Assembly: GCA_905178155.1 (NCBI GenBank) | Contig: CAJINV010000001.1 | Coordinates: forward strand, 6,951,794-7,015,793 | Length of the DNA stretch: 64,000 nt | Reading direction: 5' to 3' | Source: Amoebophrya sp. A120 | Taxonomy: Eukaryota > Protista > Dinoflagellata | Shown here: positions 39,934-53,200 of the stretch, one piece after another | Position numbering within the stretch: the stretch's first letter is position 1 | How the letters are laid out: each line of letters begins with the position of its first letter | Position numbers and translations under genes: made by a program | The notes under the pieces: generated by a model | Database searches by the model: none | What the model was told of the DNA's origin: nothing | The model's input: the letters and a program-made list of their open reading frames with translations, nothing else

Positions 39934-40809
39934 CTATCTCTTCGAGAGTATGTCTTGGTATATTCTGTTCGCCAGGGTCGCAAACACGGTGTTGACGCCC
40001 TCCCCGGTTTTCGCCGAAGCTTTCGTGAACAGCATGCCCTGCTCTGTGCACCACGCGCGAGCCTGCTCGGCATCCGTTCCGGTGGCCTCGCCGGTCGGTT
40101 CTACGTCAGCCTTGTTTGCGACCACGCCGAGACAGACGTTTTCGGGACCCTTGTTGCGTAGTTCGTCGACCCAGTATCGGACGGCCTCCCATGAAGCACC
40201 GTCGTTGTGGTCGTAGCTGCGTTGGGAAAAGATTGTTCAAATCCGATTTCAATGCTATCATGAAAATCAATTTTCAAGAATCACTCACTTTCACACACAT
40301 CACCAGAAAAAAATGTGAAAAAATCTGGCAATACACTATGAGCGCTCCGAGAGCGTCGCGATAGTATAGTGGCGCCATGGCTCGAAACCGCTCTTGGCCG
40401 CCAGTATCCCATATGTGAAGTTTCAGTTGCTGCCCGTCGGGTAGCCTTATCATCTGCTGCAGAAAGGCAGCTCCTATTGTTACCTGCGAGGAGACATCAG
40501 TTTTGGATTCATCCGACTTCGGGCCTTATTCCTTTTTTTTAGCGAGTGATTGTGCTGCTTGAGCAGCTGCACTGCACGTTTTTTATCCGCCAGACATATC
40601 TATGATTTTCAAGAAAAGTTAAGTACCTCATGAAAAGGCGAAAAGCGTCCCTGGCAGTATCTTAGTGCGAGCGACGACTTCCCGACTCCGCTATCTCCTA
40701 AGAGAACTATTTTCGCCTCTAGAGAATTTGGTCGCCGCTGCTCCTCGTCCCGCAGCTGAGGCCCTTGGCCGCTTGGCGACTGCAAGGGTCTGGATTGCTC
40801 GCAACCCAT
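39934..40809 (-). CDS. RAB5B: Rab5B-type small GTPase (N-acylated), 204 aa; exons 40809-40627, 40483-40335, 40216-39934
   Basis: MGC N-terminus; GDSGVGKS; VTIGAAF (Rab5 effector loop); WDTGGQERFRAMAPLYYR; NKAD; SAKTG; no C-terminal cysteines; two GT-AG introns. Confidence 0.92.
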
Positions 40810-41587
40810 AGCTCCAGCTCTAACCCGGGTTCGCTTGCAGAGGATGCAACAGCTGGTCAGAAAGCAGGTATGACAATCTGCGTTTGGAAGACGGGCGATA
40901 CGCGTATTTTAAGGCTGCACATTCTGAATCACACTATCATGGTGCTATTGCTGTAACTGTTTTGTCTCTAGGTGGGAAGATATGAAAAAACTCACTCTGT
41001 GAAACTCTGAGTACTCGTGGTCTGTCGCGAAAATAGAGTCGAAAAGTGTCATGACATCCGGCAACACCACAAACTCACTGCAACAGCAAAAAAAGGATCA
41101 GGATAAATATTCAAACCTCGGCGTCAAGGATGGAAACAGAGACAAAAAGGTGTCTCACATTCGCACATTTCGCGGCACACAGAGGCAAAATGGTAGATCC
41201 TTACAGTATCTTTACTTTTTAGAGAACACTCCATGCAGAGGAGCTCATCTCACATCTCTCCGCACGCCACCCTGTGGTGATATATGACTACCTATCAGAT
41301 TTTTCTTCGGGTCACCCACAGTCTGCATTGCGCTCGATGAGTTGACAAAATCTTATTCGTGACGTTCACTTTCATCGAAACACGATCTGCGAAAAACCGG
41401 TCATCTGTTCTCCTAGCTTTCGCCACCGTAAACATTCATTATTACGCAATAGAAGCCGGCGGTCTCGGCGCAAACTTGTGTGGCACTAGCAAAAAGGACC
41501 TCAGCAAAAAGCTTGTACCCACCGGAAACGACAAAAATCACACAAACTAAAATCAAAAAATCTTATCTGGTTATTGGAGCCGGTAAG

Positions 41588-43296
41588 TCACAGCTTCGAC
41601 GACGTTAATAGCGAATGCGTCAACCCATTGGTTGGCGCTCCCCGCTGTCCAACTCCGCTCGGGTCGGATCCCCGGGTGAAACTGAAGTGGATAACGTCGT
41701 CGTCGTAGTAGGTAAGGAAAATGGACCGCTTGTAATGGCAACTTTGTCGAGCGGCTTCCGCTAGCATCGTCGCGAGCATTGCATCCTTTCGACTTACCTT
41801 GTTCTCGGACTTCGTACCTGTACGATTTCTTTCGAGAGCGGTGATCTAGCCTGTGCATATTACTGGAGATCTTTGTCATTTTTTTACCTTCGCATGACCG
41901 CAACGAACACACCTGCCCCAGCATCACTTAATACCGTTGCACGTCGCCAGGAAACTAGCCACTTCGTTCGCGTAGGCCGTGCGAAAGCGCTCTATCGGCG
42001 AAACGCTGCCCACGTCTTCAATGTGCCCTGCGGTGGTGGCGAGCGTGTAGGACGTCTGCCTCGGGTAGTCCACGCGTGCGCAGTTGCCGTTGCTCCCGAA
42101 AACCTCACACCGCTGGTCGTAGCCGTAAGCGGAGAGGCGGGAAAACTCGAGAAAAGCAACCTGAAGTTGGTGTTAGTTTTGCCGAAAATTACCCGGGGCA
42201 GATTTAGTAGCATCCATTATCGGCATCTTCCCCGAAAAGCTCTCATGCAAAAATCTTATAGACTACCAATCCGCTCTTGTAGCGCATGGTGATGGAAGCC
42301 GTGTCGTGGATATTCAGCGACTCCAGTTCCTTAGTTACCGACTGCCCCGTCGCGTAGATTTCTACTGGATCCTCGTCGAGAATTGACCGAATAAAGTCGA
42401 TATCATGCACCGCCAGGTCGTGAAACGGGCAGCCGCCCTGCTTCATAAACTCGATGCTCGGACAGGGGTAGTCGCGGAACACGGTGTGAATTGTGACCAT
42501 GCGCTCGCCTAGCTCGCCCGAGCGGACAAGGGAAGCGACCTAGGGATTCGGATTCATTAATGTTATGATAAGCATATACAACACCTTCCACGTCTCAACG
42601 TGCGCCTATCCATGCACCGCTGTAGCATGAAAAGAGTATAAACCTTTATCGCGGGGGAAATAACAAAAAAACTCACCTTCTGATAGCTGGGGTCAAACCG
42701 GCGCTGAAACGAGCAGAACAAATGGACTCCGTGCTGTTCCGCTATGCAATGCAAAAGCATCGCACTAGTATAAATTGCGTGACAAATTAGCCCAGCATTA
42801 CAAATTTAATTTGTAATCCTGATTTACCTTGAAAAGGGGATTTGTAATGCAGAAATGCAATTACTACGAGTACGAGACATTTTCACAGGATATCCGCCGT
42901 CTCGTAGCAAATCCGGATGTCTTCGGCGTTGCTGCAGACCGGTTTCTCCACGGCCACGTGCTTCTTGTTTTCCAAAGCAACCAGTATGACCTCCATGTGA
43001 AAGGGCGTCGGCACGCAAATCCAAACCGCGTCAAACTCCACTTTCGGATCCCGCAAAACGGCGGTCAGCGTTTCAAAAACCGGAACCGAGTGCTTCTTCC
43101 CCCGCTTCGACCCCAATTCGTGATTGACATCGACGATGGCTGCCAGCCTGCTGTCCGGCCTCCTCGCTAGCTCCTCCAAGCGCATGTCCCCCATGCGACC
43201 GAGCCCAACCAGTGCCACCCGCAGGGGATTGTCCTCATTGAACAAGAGAGGCACTGGTGGGCTCGAGCTGGAACTACTGCTGCCACCGCCTGCCAT
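41588..43296 (-). CDS. Gfo/Idh/MocA oxidoreductase, myo-inositol 2-dehydrogenase-like; 5 exons
   Basis: VALVGLGRMG Rossmann motif; ICVPTPFH; KHVAVEKP; FQRRFDP; FRDYP; FHDLAVHDID; YGYDQRCEVFG; ERFRTAYANE; C-terminal MLAEAARQS. Confidence 0.88.
42743..42892. mobile_element. Short degenerate TIR/TSD introner, 150 bp, in the Gfo/Idh/MocA gene
   Basis: TSD tccgc at 42738-42742 and 42893-42897; TAT...ATA ends; weak TIR tatgcaatgcaaaagcatcgcactagta vs revcomp tatcctgtgaaaatgtctcgtactcgta; removal gives ICYETAEQHGVHLFC. Confidence 0.85.
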
Positions 43297-44227
43297 CTTG
43301 TACTTGTTTTGCAATTCGAAGTTTCTAGAATGAAAAAGCACAACTCAGTCACAAGCGGCCGGGCAAAAACTTAGTTGTCCGAGCTTTGCTTTTCTTTTTC
43401 TTCTTTCATCTTCGCAAATCTGTACGGCGCCGACGCAAAACCGAGAGTGATACATCCATGCGAACTTCGAAGCATACTACTTGACTCTCGCACCGAAAGA
43501 AGCGATCCTTTTCCTTTAGCGAGCGATTGGAGGCGAACAGAGACAAAAGTTTCTGCTATGCATGGCGCGTAGATGTGTCGGGCACGGAGTAGAGAACGAG
43601 TCAAGTGCTATTAGCTTGCTCTTAATTTCGTACTGCAAACATTTGAAGTTCAAGAAAGCTATCAGATTCATCGTCATGTGTAGTAGTAGAGAGACTTCGA
43701 AATAGAAACGAATCATGGAAATCATGCATTTAAAAGTAACAAAGCTCAAAGGTGCACTTGCGAAAAGCGCACGTCTGCAGCACGCTTCCGCCCGCTACCC
43801 GTAAAAAGCGCCAGCGTAGTTGACAAATTTCAAGGCAGGGGTGACTGCAGTGCATTTTTGTCTAGAAATCTCAACCTAGAATACCGATCTCTGCTAGTAC
43901 AAATCATTGCTGTGAAAGTAAAGCAAAAGTAAGCTTCAGACACCGATCTGCTAGGCGTTGTGAGCGAATCACGACCCTAGAAGACGCGTGCTATAGGTTT
44001 AAGATTCAATATCTGCTATTTTGTTTCAGTAGAAAACACCAACGAAAGATTTCGATTTGTTTGTTTGAATTAGAATTAGGAAAAGTAACTGTGTCTAGGT
44101 TTGAAAACCATAGGTAAACGAGACATTCTGCAATTAGAAGTTCTTTCTCTGCGTTAAATGACTTAGTCTGTGTTAAACATTTTCAACAAGTATTTGTTTT
44201 TTTTTCTGCAGCAACCACGGTGCGCGC

Positions 44228-47200
44228 TTACGAGTTGTCGTTGAGCATGCAGGCGACCGACTGCAGAACCCACAGCGACGGATGCACCTCGGTGTGTAAG
44301 TTTGCCTCAAACACCAGTCCGACACCCATGGCATTCCTGCGCAGCTGCGTGATGTACACCGGTGTTGGCAAACTGTTCCGCAACTTCAGCCTGTTTGCCT
44401 CGACCGGAATAATCTTCACCAAAGGCATCTGTTCCACCAGCACCTTCGGCAACTGCCGCGCCAAGCAGCCGTTCTGCAGGTCCCACCTGGCGCCCTCGAT
44501 GTACATGCCCTCAACGAAGGTGCCGTCCTCCATGGGGGCGTCGACTTGCGCCTTGTCGGTGAACTTGGTCACTTCCGTGTACATGGTACACTTATCCAGC
44601 GCCCACCCCTTCTTCCTACACGTCGTCTGCACCAAAGAGGACAACAGAGATTCTGGGATGTGCAGTCCCGACAGCCAGAAGACCCACGGGTCGCCCTCTT
44701 TCGCCCACGTGTCGTATTGAAGAAACCTCTTGGAGTAGTGGTCCATCCAGCTCCCGAGCGGCTTCTCCGTTTGCGGTGCCAGCTTCGCCCACATCGTGGG
44801 TAGGAACCCGTTGAAGAGGCTGGACCCGAGCTCGTCCAGCGCCTGCGACATACCGATCTCACCCTTTAACGCGCGCTTCAGATCCTTCAAAGACGCGTAC
44901 ATCCGGTTCGTCAACGCGTTCATGCGCTCCATTTCCTGCATCAGAACGACCTCGTTCGGCGTTGGCACGTCGTCCTTGATGAATTTCAGGTCGTCGTCCG
45001 GAATGCGCTTCAGAATGTCGTTCGCGATCTTGGCGATGTAGTCGTCTTTGCTCATCCCGCCGTCGCTGCCGCCGCTTCCGGTCTCCATGGCGAGCAGGCC
45101 GAACCAGATCTCCTTGGCGGCGTTGGTGAAATAGTTGATCTCGGCGTTCGGGTGCAGACCAAAGACACCTGTGCATCGGAACAACATTTTTGGAAAATAA
45201 AATCATGATCGCTCGACGGATTAGAAGAAAAAGCAAGTAGAGGCCGGAATAAGTCAGACAAAAACCAAAGAGCATTTTTATCAAAAACATACCATACCTG
45301 GACTCTGCGAGATCGGGAGCGCCAAGATGTGCGTCATGAAGTCCGCATGGTCCCCCTCCATGGGACACGTGTACTCGAAGCCGTCTTTGCTGAAGAAAAA
45401 GGGCACATTGTCGTCGAAGAGGAAGTCGCCCATGTAGTCCTCCAGATACGTATTCAGTACCCTCCTGTCGTAGTTGTCCGTCACACGCCCGCCGTACATG
45501 GCTTCACCGATGAGATACCTTAACGTGTCCCAGGGGATGACGGCGCCTTGGTCAAAGGATTTCTGCAGGTACAAAGCGGACAACTTGTTCGAAATCTTCA
45601 GATCCGATTCGTTAAAGTCGTAGGCGACGTTCCAACCGATCTTCCCGAACTTTCTCCTGTCCTGCACAATCGCGTGGAAGAAGGCGAGGACGTAGATGAG
45701 CGGCTTGAACGCCCAATGTGGGCACAAGGTCAGGTCCTCATCCGTCATCTTCGTGTAGGTTTGCTTCATGTTCAGTTTCAAACCGTCTGGCGGTTCGGTC
45801 ACGACCTTGAGGGATTTCTGCAGAATGCCCATCGGGAAGTCGTCGATCGGCATGGTGGTCAGCCACAGCCGGAAGTCCTTGTTCGGCTTCGTGATCCCCT
45901 CGAGAATTTTCTCCAGCGTCTTCAGCCACGACACCAGCAAGTGACAGTTCTGCAGAATCACCCACTGCCCGCGCTGCCACCCCGACTCGATGTTCGCGGC
46001 CGCGACCGGGCCCATGCCTTGACCGAGGGAGACGAAGCGGAACTTCGGCCCGACGAAACCCATCGCTTCCCCCAACTTCTGCAGATCCGACTGCGGATCC
46101 GCACCGGGGGACAAGACGAAGACAATCGGCGACCTTTCTGACGAAAGTGCGTAGATCTTGTCAAACGCCAATGACGGTGGCTGCACGAAGTAGTCGTACA
46201 GCCTCCACATGATGAAATTTTTCGTTGCGTTGATGATCCGATCCGGGCGGAAGCAGCGGATGATCAGCATCTGCTTGAAGGGGTCCAGTTCGCTGAACCC
46301 GCAGGGGAGGGTCTCCGACTCCGGGGTTTCCAAGTCGTACCACGCGCGCCACTCGCCGCCCTTGGAAATGATGTCGTCGCAGAGGGTTTTCATCGATGGA
46401 TCCAAGGTGGAGAGGAGTTCCAAATCCTTCCAAGCCCCTTCCGATATCCAGTTGTACGGGTTCTGCTTCTGCGGCTTCTCCAGGCTCGGGTTCCCCTTCA
46501 TGTAAAAGTCGAATTCCTTTTGCACCAGCTCGTCATCGCCCTTCATGATCATGGTGGTCATCTTGAAGGAGAAGAGGAGCTTGTGCTTCTCGAAAATCCC
46601 CATGCACGTGTAGTCGTACATCATTTGCGTGATCTTCTCCCTCAGATTTTTTAACCGGTTGTCCAGGATCCTGTCCGGTTTCGCCTCCGCAATCGCGTTG
46701 CTGAAAACTTCCAGGTAACTTCCCAGCGAGTACTCGTACATATTGGAAATCGCGACGAGTCCGCTCATCGTGAAGTAGAGAATCGAACCTCTTTTCGCGA
46801 CTTTCGTGTAACTCGATCGCGCTTTGTCGATTTCCACTGAAGTCAACGCCGCTGCAGCGAGCGATTCCCCGATCTCGATGGACTTTGCCTTCGCGGTGTT
46901 CAGGGTGTTGATTATCCTGAGTAAAAACGTCCCCACACCAGAGTCGGGATGGGAAATCTGCTAGACAAATCTGTCAGCTTTTGCTGTTGCGCATGACAAG
47001 TTTGGCCTCGTAGTGTAATCCTGTTTAGCTTCTTCAGCAGCATCGCAGATCTAGCACATCATGCTGATTCTAGCATCACAAATCCCAAAACACGACTAGA
47101 AACTGCTTCTCATGGATCTCCGCATGAGAAACATTTTCAGCATGCAGATTTGCATTACAACTCTGGGGTGGGGACGTTTTTACAAATGATATTGATCAAA

Positions 47201-50200
47201 TCCTCGTTATCCAGAATCGAGCCCTTACTGTTCGCGAGTTCCCTTAGCAAGGTGTCTTATCCTGAGTAAAAACGTCCCCACCCCAGAGATGTGATGCAGA
47301 TCTGCGAGCACAAGAGCGTTTGTAATGCGCGATCCCATGATGGGCAAAATCAATCGTGTTTTGGAACTTGTAATGCTGTAAACAGCATAAGGAGATCGAT
47401 TTGTTATGCGGCTTCCCTTGCTAAACTGCACTACACTACAGCCTGCAATTTGTCATGCGTGGTTCCCAAAACTTCAATGTTTGTGTTGCAAAATCCCCAT
47501 CTTGACTCTGGGGTGGGGACGTTTTTACTCAGGATATGTCTTCCAGCGTCTTCAGAATCTGCCGGTTGTCGCTCATTTGCTGCACCAGGGCTGCGCGTTG
47601 CGCCTCGAGGTCCGGCCTTTCGAATCCAACGACGACGTTCAGCAGCTGCGCGGCGAGCCCGTCGAGCGTGATGACGCAGTTCACGATCGAGACTTTGCCC
47701 ATCACTTCCGGCGTGTAGCTGGGGTTGGACAGCTTCGTACACAGGTTGAGCTGAAACGTCGGGGAAACTTCGAGCTCGCTGTCCCCGAGTTGCAGCATCT
47801 TCTGGCCGGAAACGATCGTGTAGGCTTTCTCCAAAACCGGGTCGATCATGGGGTCCAGTTCTTCGTCCAGGTTCTCGAACAAAAAGGGCTTTCCGTAGGT
47901 GATCGCCAGCTCGAGAAACTTGATGTAGTCGTCGTTGAAGGTCTTCACGGTCAACCCATTTTTCGCCTCCTTTTTCTTGATCCAGTTCACCGCCTGCATC
48001 TGCGGGTCAACGCACAGCGGGTAGCGGGCGCTACGGGTGACCAGAATACCTGAAATGTGATGTGTCATTGGGATTCTCTATTTCTGCGGGGTGCTGGTGC
48101 AGCTGAGAATGCATAATTTCACACTGCAAAAAACATGCAACAGAGAAAGCAAAATCCTGCGAAAATTTAGCCGATTAAACTTTTTCATTAATTATACCGT
48201 TCTGAATCGACAGTTCGTCCGCCGGCAGCCCGAAGCCGTTCCAGGCAGCGACCTCGACCTCACTCGTGAGCAAATCTTCCAGCCTGTATTTTTCGCTGAT
48301 CGGAATCTTGTTGTCCTTAATGTAGCCGTACCAGTCCACGTAGGCCATTTCCGTTCGGAATTCGTAGTTGAAGGGACCGGCGTAGGAGACAAAAGCGGCG
48401 TTGTTCAAGCAATCGCCGACTAACCTTGTCCTGATCTCCCCCTGCACCTCCAGGTCCGCAGTCCAGCGAACGCGTTCTCCCGCGAGACCGGTAATCAGCT
48501 GTGACGCGGCACCCAGACGCCGCTGCATCAAATCTGCTTCGTCCTTCAGTTCCTTCAGCTTCGCCGACTGCTCGGCCTCGTCAGCCTGCAGCTTGCCCAA
48601 GTTCTTGGACAACTCCTCCAGTTCCTCGTTGATGGCTTCCAGGTTGGCTTCCGCCTCTTCTTTCTGGTTCTGCAATTCCTTCACCAGTGCCTTCTTGGGC
48701 GCGACGGTCTTGGCAACGTCGTAGTACTTCGTCATCGCGAGCGTCTGTTTTTATTCAATAGGGTCGTGTAGACTTGCCTCTGGGTAAACAAGAACTTGAA
48801 CTACAAGACAGTTGATACTAAAACTTTCAGGTCGAGGCCGAACGTAAGAACGTAACAAACGTGCCATTTGAATCCAGAAAAAAATTCACTCGGAGTTGTC
48901 CGAGACTGACTATTCGAGGATGTTGCCAACTACGCGAACAAGTATACAACATCAAAGCCACTACATCAACATGAAAAAAGTCGTACCCACTGCAGAAGAC
49001 CGTAACCGGCCTTGGAAATGGTTTTCATCTTCGCGCCGTCGTTATCTACCAGAGTCTCCTTATCCGCGTTGAACACCACTCGGATTTGCTGGATCTGACG
49101 CTCCTTCATGTCATCCTTCGGGTAGGTTTGCAGGGAACGCAGGAACCCGGTATCTGACATCATCGCCTTCGCGCCCGCCCAGCCGTCTGCGGGGTTTTCC
49201 TTTCCCAGTGGTCTGAGAATCATGATGCACTTGGTCACCGCAGCGACCGCGGGTGGCGGGGTCGTGAATGCCTTCACCTCCGTGATGTCCTTTTTGTCGA
49301 GGTTCTCCAACGCTTCCGCCGCCGCGGCCAGCGCTGGCATTGCTGCCTGCAGCGCTTTATCAAATGCAAAAATGTCTGGGTCTGGAAACTTGTGATGCTA
49401 AAATGTGCATGATGAAAACACTTCCGAATGCAGTCCGGCGTGACAACTTCCCAAAACGCTTTCTCATAGGCAATCCGCATGAGAAACTGCGTCTATGCAT
49501 GACAAAAGAGGCTGCGACTTTTGTTGGTATATGCAATACAGATTTTCTAGGTTTGGAAAGCTAGCATTACAAGTTGCAATCCTCCAGACCCAGACATTTT
49601 TACAATCCATACGCTTGATCGGCGTCGGCCTTCTCCCGCACGATGACTTACTCCCATAACGCACCCCCTTGCTCACAAATGAAAAAACTCCGAAGGGATT
49701 CCGACGAGATTACGAAACTGCGAATGAGAATTGCTGCGGAGGGACTTGCCAAAAATGAGCTGAAGACCCTCCGCCCGCTCCTGATCGAACGGCCCGCCCC
49801 TGTGGCCGTTTTGCGATCGCGTTGGGCTCTGCCGCCTTTGCCATCACGGTCGACGAACAAGTAGATCGCAGAGAGCAAGTCCGTCGCTGCCATGGTCGTA
49901 GACCATAACTTTAGTAGCAGTCTAGTACGATCATAACTTTAGAAACAAACGCGCTGCTGTAACTTAAGAAACAGAGAGGACGCAAGTCGTAAATTATAAA
50001 GAAAAGCAACCGGCACGACCGAGATAGAAACAGGAAGGGACTGGGCGCAGATAGACGAGAGCAGGCGGGCCGTTCTGGTTTTCTCGCTTTCAGCGCGCGG
50101 GGGATTTAAGTGGGGAAAAGGCGAGCCGTATGGCTGTGATGCCGGGCGTGCGCACACCACCACAAAAGGCGTGCGCCCCACACCATCGGGGCTGCGTGTC

Positions 50201-53200
50201 CACGCGCCGGCCCCGAGCTGTTTACGCAGGCACCCAACGCGCAAAAGTGTGGGCCGCATACCATCGGCGCTGTGTGTACACGCGCCAGCCCCGGGCGGAT
50301 TACGTAGGCGCCCAACGCGCAAACGCGTGGGGCAGCAGCATGGCAACGAGGCCGCGGCGGCACGCCGGTGGTTTTAGAGGGGGAAGAGGCGGGCCGTTCT
50401 GGTTTTCTCGCTTTCAGCGCGCGGGGGATTTAAGTGGGGAAAAGGCGAGCCATATGGCTGTGATGCCGGGCGTGCGCACACCACCACAAAAGGCGTGCGC
50501 CCCACACCATCGGGGCTGCGTGTCCACGCGCCAGCCCCGAGCTGTTTACGCAGGCACCCAACGCGCAAAAGTGTGGGCCGCATACCATCGGGGCTGCGTG
50601 TCCACGCGCCAGCCCCGAGCTGTTTACGCAGGCACCCAACGCGCAAAAGTGTGGGCCGCATACCATCGGCGCTGTGTGTACACGCGCCATCCCCGGGCGG
50701 ATTACGTAGGCGCCCAACGCGCAAACGCATGGGGCAGCAGCGTGGCAACGAGGCCGCGGCGGCAAGGAGGGGGAAGAGGCGGGCCGCTGGGCTTTCTTTT
50801 TGCTTTTCCCCAGCATATCAAGCAATTCTTTGCGCAACTACAGCTGATGACTAATTTTTTCGAGTGTACAGCCAAAACTGCCTTTGCAGGATCCTTTGTG
50901 CTATTTTTTTCGAGTGTATCTTGTTCGCGAGGTGTATGCAGCAAACGAATCTTTCACAAGATTGAGAACAACCATAGCGCCTAACTCTACAAGGCTGCGG
51001 CACTCTAACCCCCAACAATAACTGAAAACACAACTGACAGCAATAAAGTACGCGCATCCTGAAACAAATAAGATAGAGAGCCGCGTCGTTTGGTTGTGTA
51101 GTGTGCTTTTGCCTTTACAGATCGAGAGACACAACCAATAAGATAGCCGGCCGCGTCGTCGGGTTGTGTGTGCTTTTGCCTTTACAGATCGAGAGAGACA
51201 GCGCGACCAGACCGGGGAAAGTTGGGCGCCCAGGAACCGGCAGCAATACCATCGGGGGTAATGTTACCCACGACGGCACTGCGTCCGATGTTTTTTCTAG
51301 GCCTTCGCTGTTTTGGTCGGGTTTGCATGATGTGTGCCCTCTTTAATAGCTTTTTTTCAGCCTACCCAAAACCCCCACGATACGCAACTTTTAAGAATCC
51401 GAAGAGACTCCGAAAAGACTCCGCAAAAGGCGTCGGGAAGATGCGAAAAAAAGCGGCCGCCTTCATCATAGCAGGCGGCGAAATTTTCGGAGCGAAAAAA
51501 TGGGAGGCAGTTTCGGATTCTTTGCGGAGTCGCGGACTTGCTGCACTCCGGAGACGCGGACGTGATGCACTCCTTTGCGGAACATGAAATCGCCCGCGAC
51601 TTCCACCCAGAAAAGAAGAAAAGCCAAACGGCTCGCCCTGTTCCCGCCTAAGCCCGTCGATCTTCTTGCGAACGAAGGAGATCAGGGCTGGCCTGAGATG
51701 GTGGGCGGGAGAAAGAAAATGGCCAAACGGCGCGCCTCGTCCCCCTCTAAAACCATCGGCGGGCCGCCTTGATATGCTGCTCGCACTTTTGCGCGCCGGG
51801 GGGGGCGCCCCCATATCATAAGCAGGCCGGGGGCGCGTGTACACGCCGCCCCGATGGTGTGGCGTCCGCGCCTTTTGTGGTAGTTGTTAGCGCACGCCCA
51901 ACATCACGGCCAAACGCCCCGCCTTGCCCCCCTCTAAAACTATCGGCGCGCCGCCGCGACCTCCTTCGCTGCCATGCTGCTGCGCCACGCGTTTCTTTGC
52001 GCGCTGGGTGCCTACGTAATCCGCCCGGGCCTGGCGCGTGGACACACAACGCCGATGGTATGCGGCGCACGCTTTTGCGCGTTGGGTGCCTGCGTAAGCA
52101 GCTCGGGGCCGGCGCGTGTACACGCAGCCCCGATGGTGTGGCGCGCGCGCCTTTTGTGATGGTGTGCGCACGCCCAGCACCACGGCCAAACGGCTCGCCT
52201 TGTCCGCACCTAAATCCACCGGCCCCCTGGCGTTAACTGAAAGCAAGAAAACCAGAACGACCCACCTTGTTCGCATCTCAACACCACGGCCAAACGGCTC
52301 GCCTTGTCCCCACCTAGATTCGCCGTTCGCTGAAAGCGAGAAAACCAGACGGACCCGCCTGGTTGGTTCGCATCTCAATCCACCGGCATCATTGCGGAAA
52401 CGGTCGGGGCATGCCTGGTATGCTGGGGAAAAATAAAAACAAATAGAAAGAAAGCCAAACGACCCGCCTCCTCCCCCTCTAAAACCATCGGCGTGCCGCC
52501 GCGGCCTCGTTGCCATGCTGCTGCCCCACGCGTTTGCGCGCTGGGCGCCTACATGATCCGCTCGGGGCTGGCGCGTGTACACACAGCGCCGATGGTATGC
52601 GGGCCACGCTTTTGCGCGTTGGATCCCTGCGTGGGCAGCTCGGGGCTGGCGCGTGTACACGCAGCCCCGATGGTGTGGGGCGCGCGCCTTTTGTGGTGGT
52701 GTGCGCACTCCCAGCATCACAGCCATACGACTCCCCTTGTCCCCACCTACATCCGCCGTTCGCTGAAAGCGAGAAAACCAGAACGACCCGCCTGGTTCGC
52801 ATCTCAGCCCATCGGCCTCATTGCGAAAACGGTCGGGGCTTGCTTGATATGCTGGGGAAAAGTAAAAAGAAAGCCAAACGGCCCGCCTCTTCCCCCTGTA
52901 AAACCATCGGCGTGCCGCCGCGGCCACATGGCCACGCTGCTGCCCCACGCGTTTGCGCGTTGGGCGCCTACGTAATCCGCCCGGGGCTGGCGCGTGTACA
53001 CACAGCGCCGATGGTATGCGGCCCACACTTTTGCGCGTTTTCGCTGCCATGTGGTCCAGACCTGCCGCGGATCGCTTTTTGTGGACTGCGCAAAACGCCG
53101 GCAGTTCAAAGCTTCGAAGCGCTTTGTGTTAATGTTGCTTCGCCAACAAACCGAGTCGCGGCGGACCGATTATCTTCTGAACCGTGAAGAAGCTTTTTCG

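Noticed and set aside
49939-53187. ORFs of 100-387 aa inside the giant element as a transposase
   Set aside because: They are translations of GC-rich repeats in several frames on both strands, with no DDE, HUH or recombinase motifs recognised.
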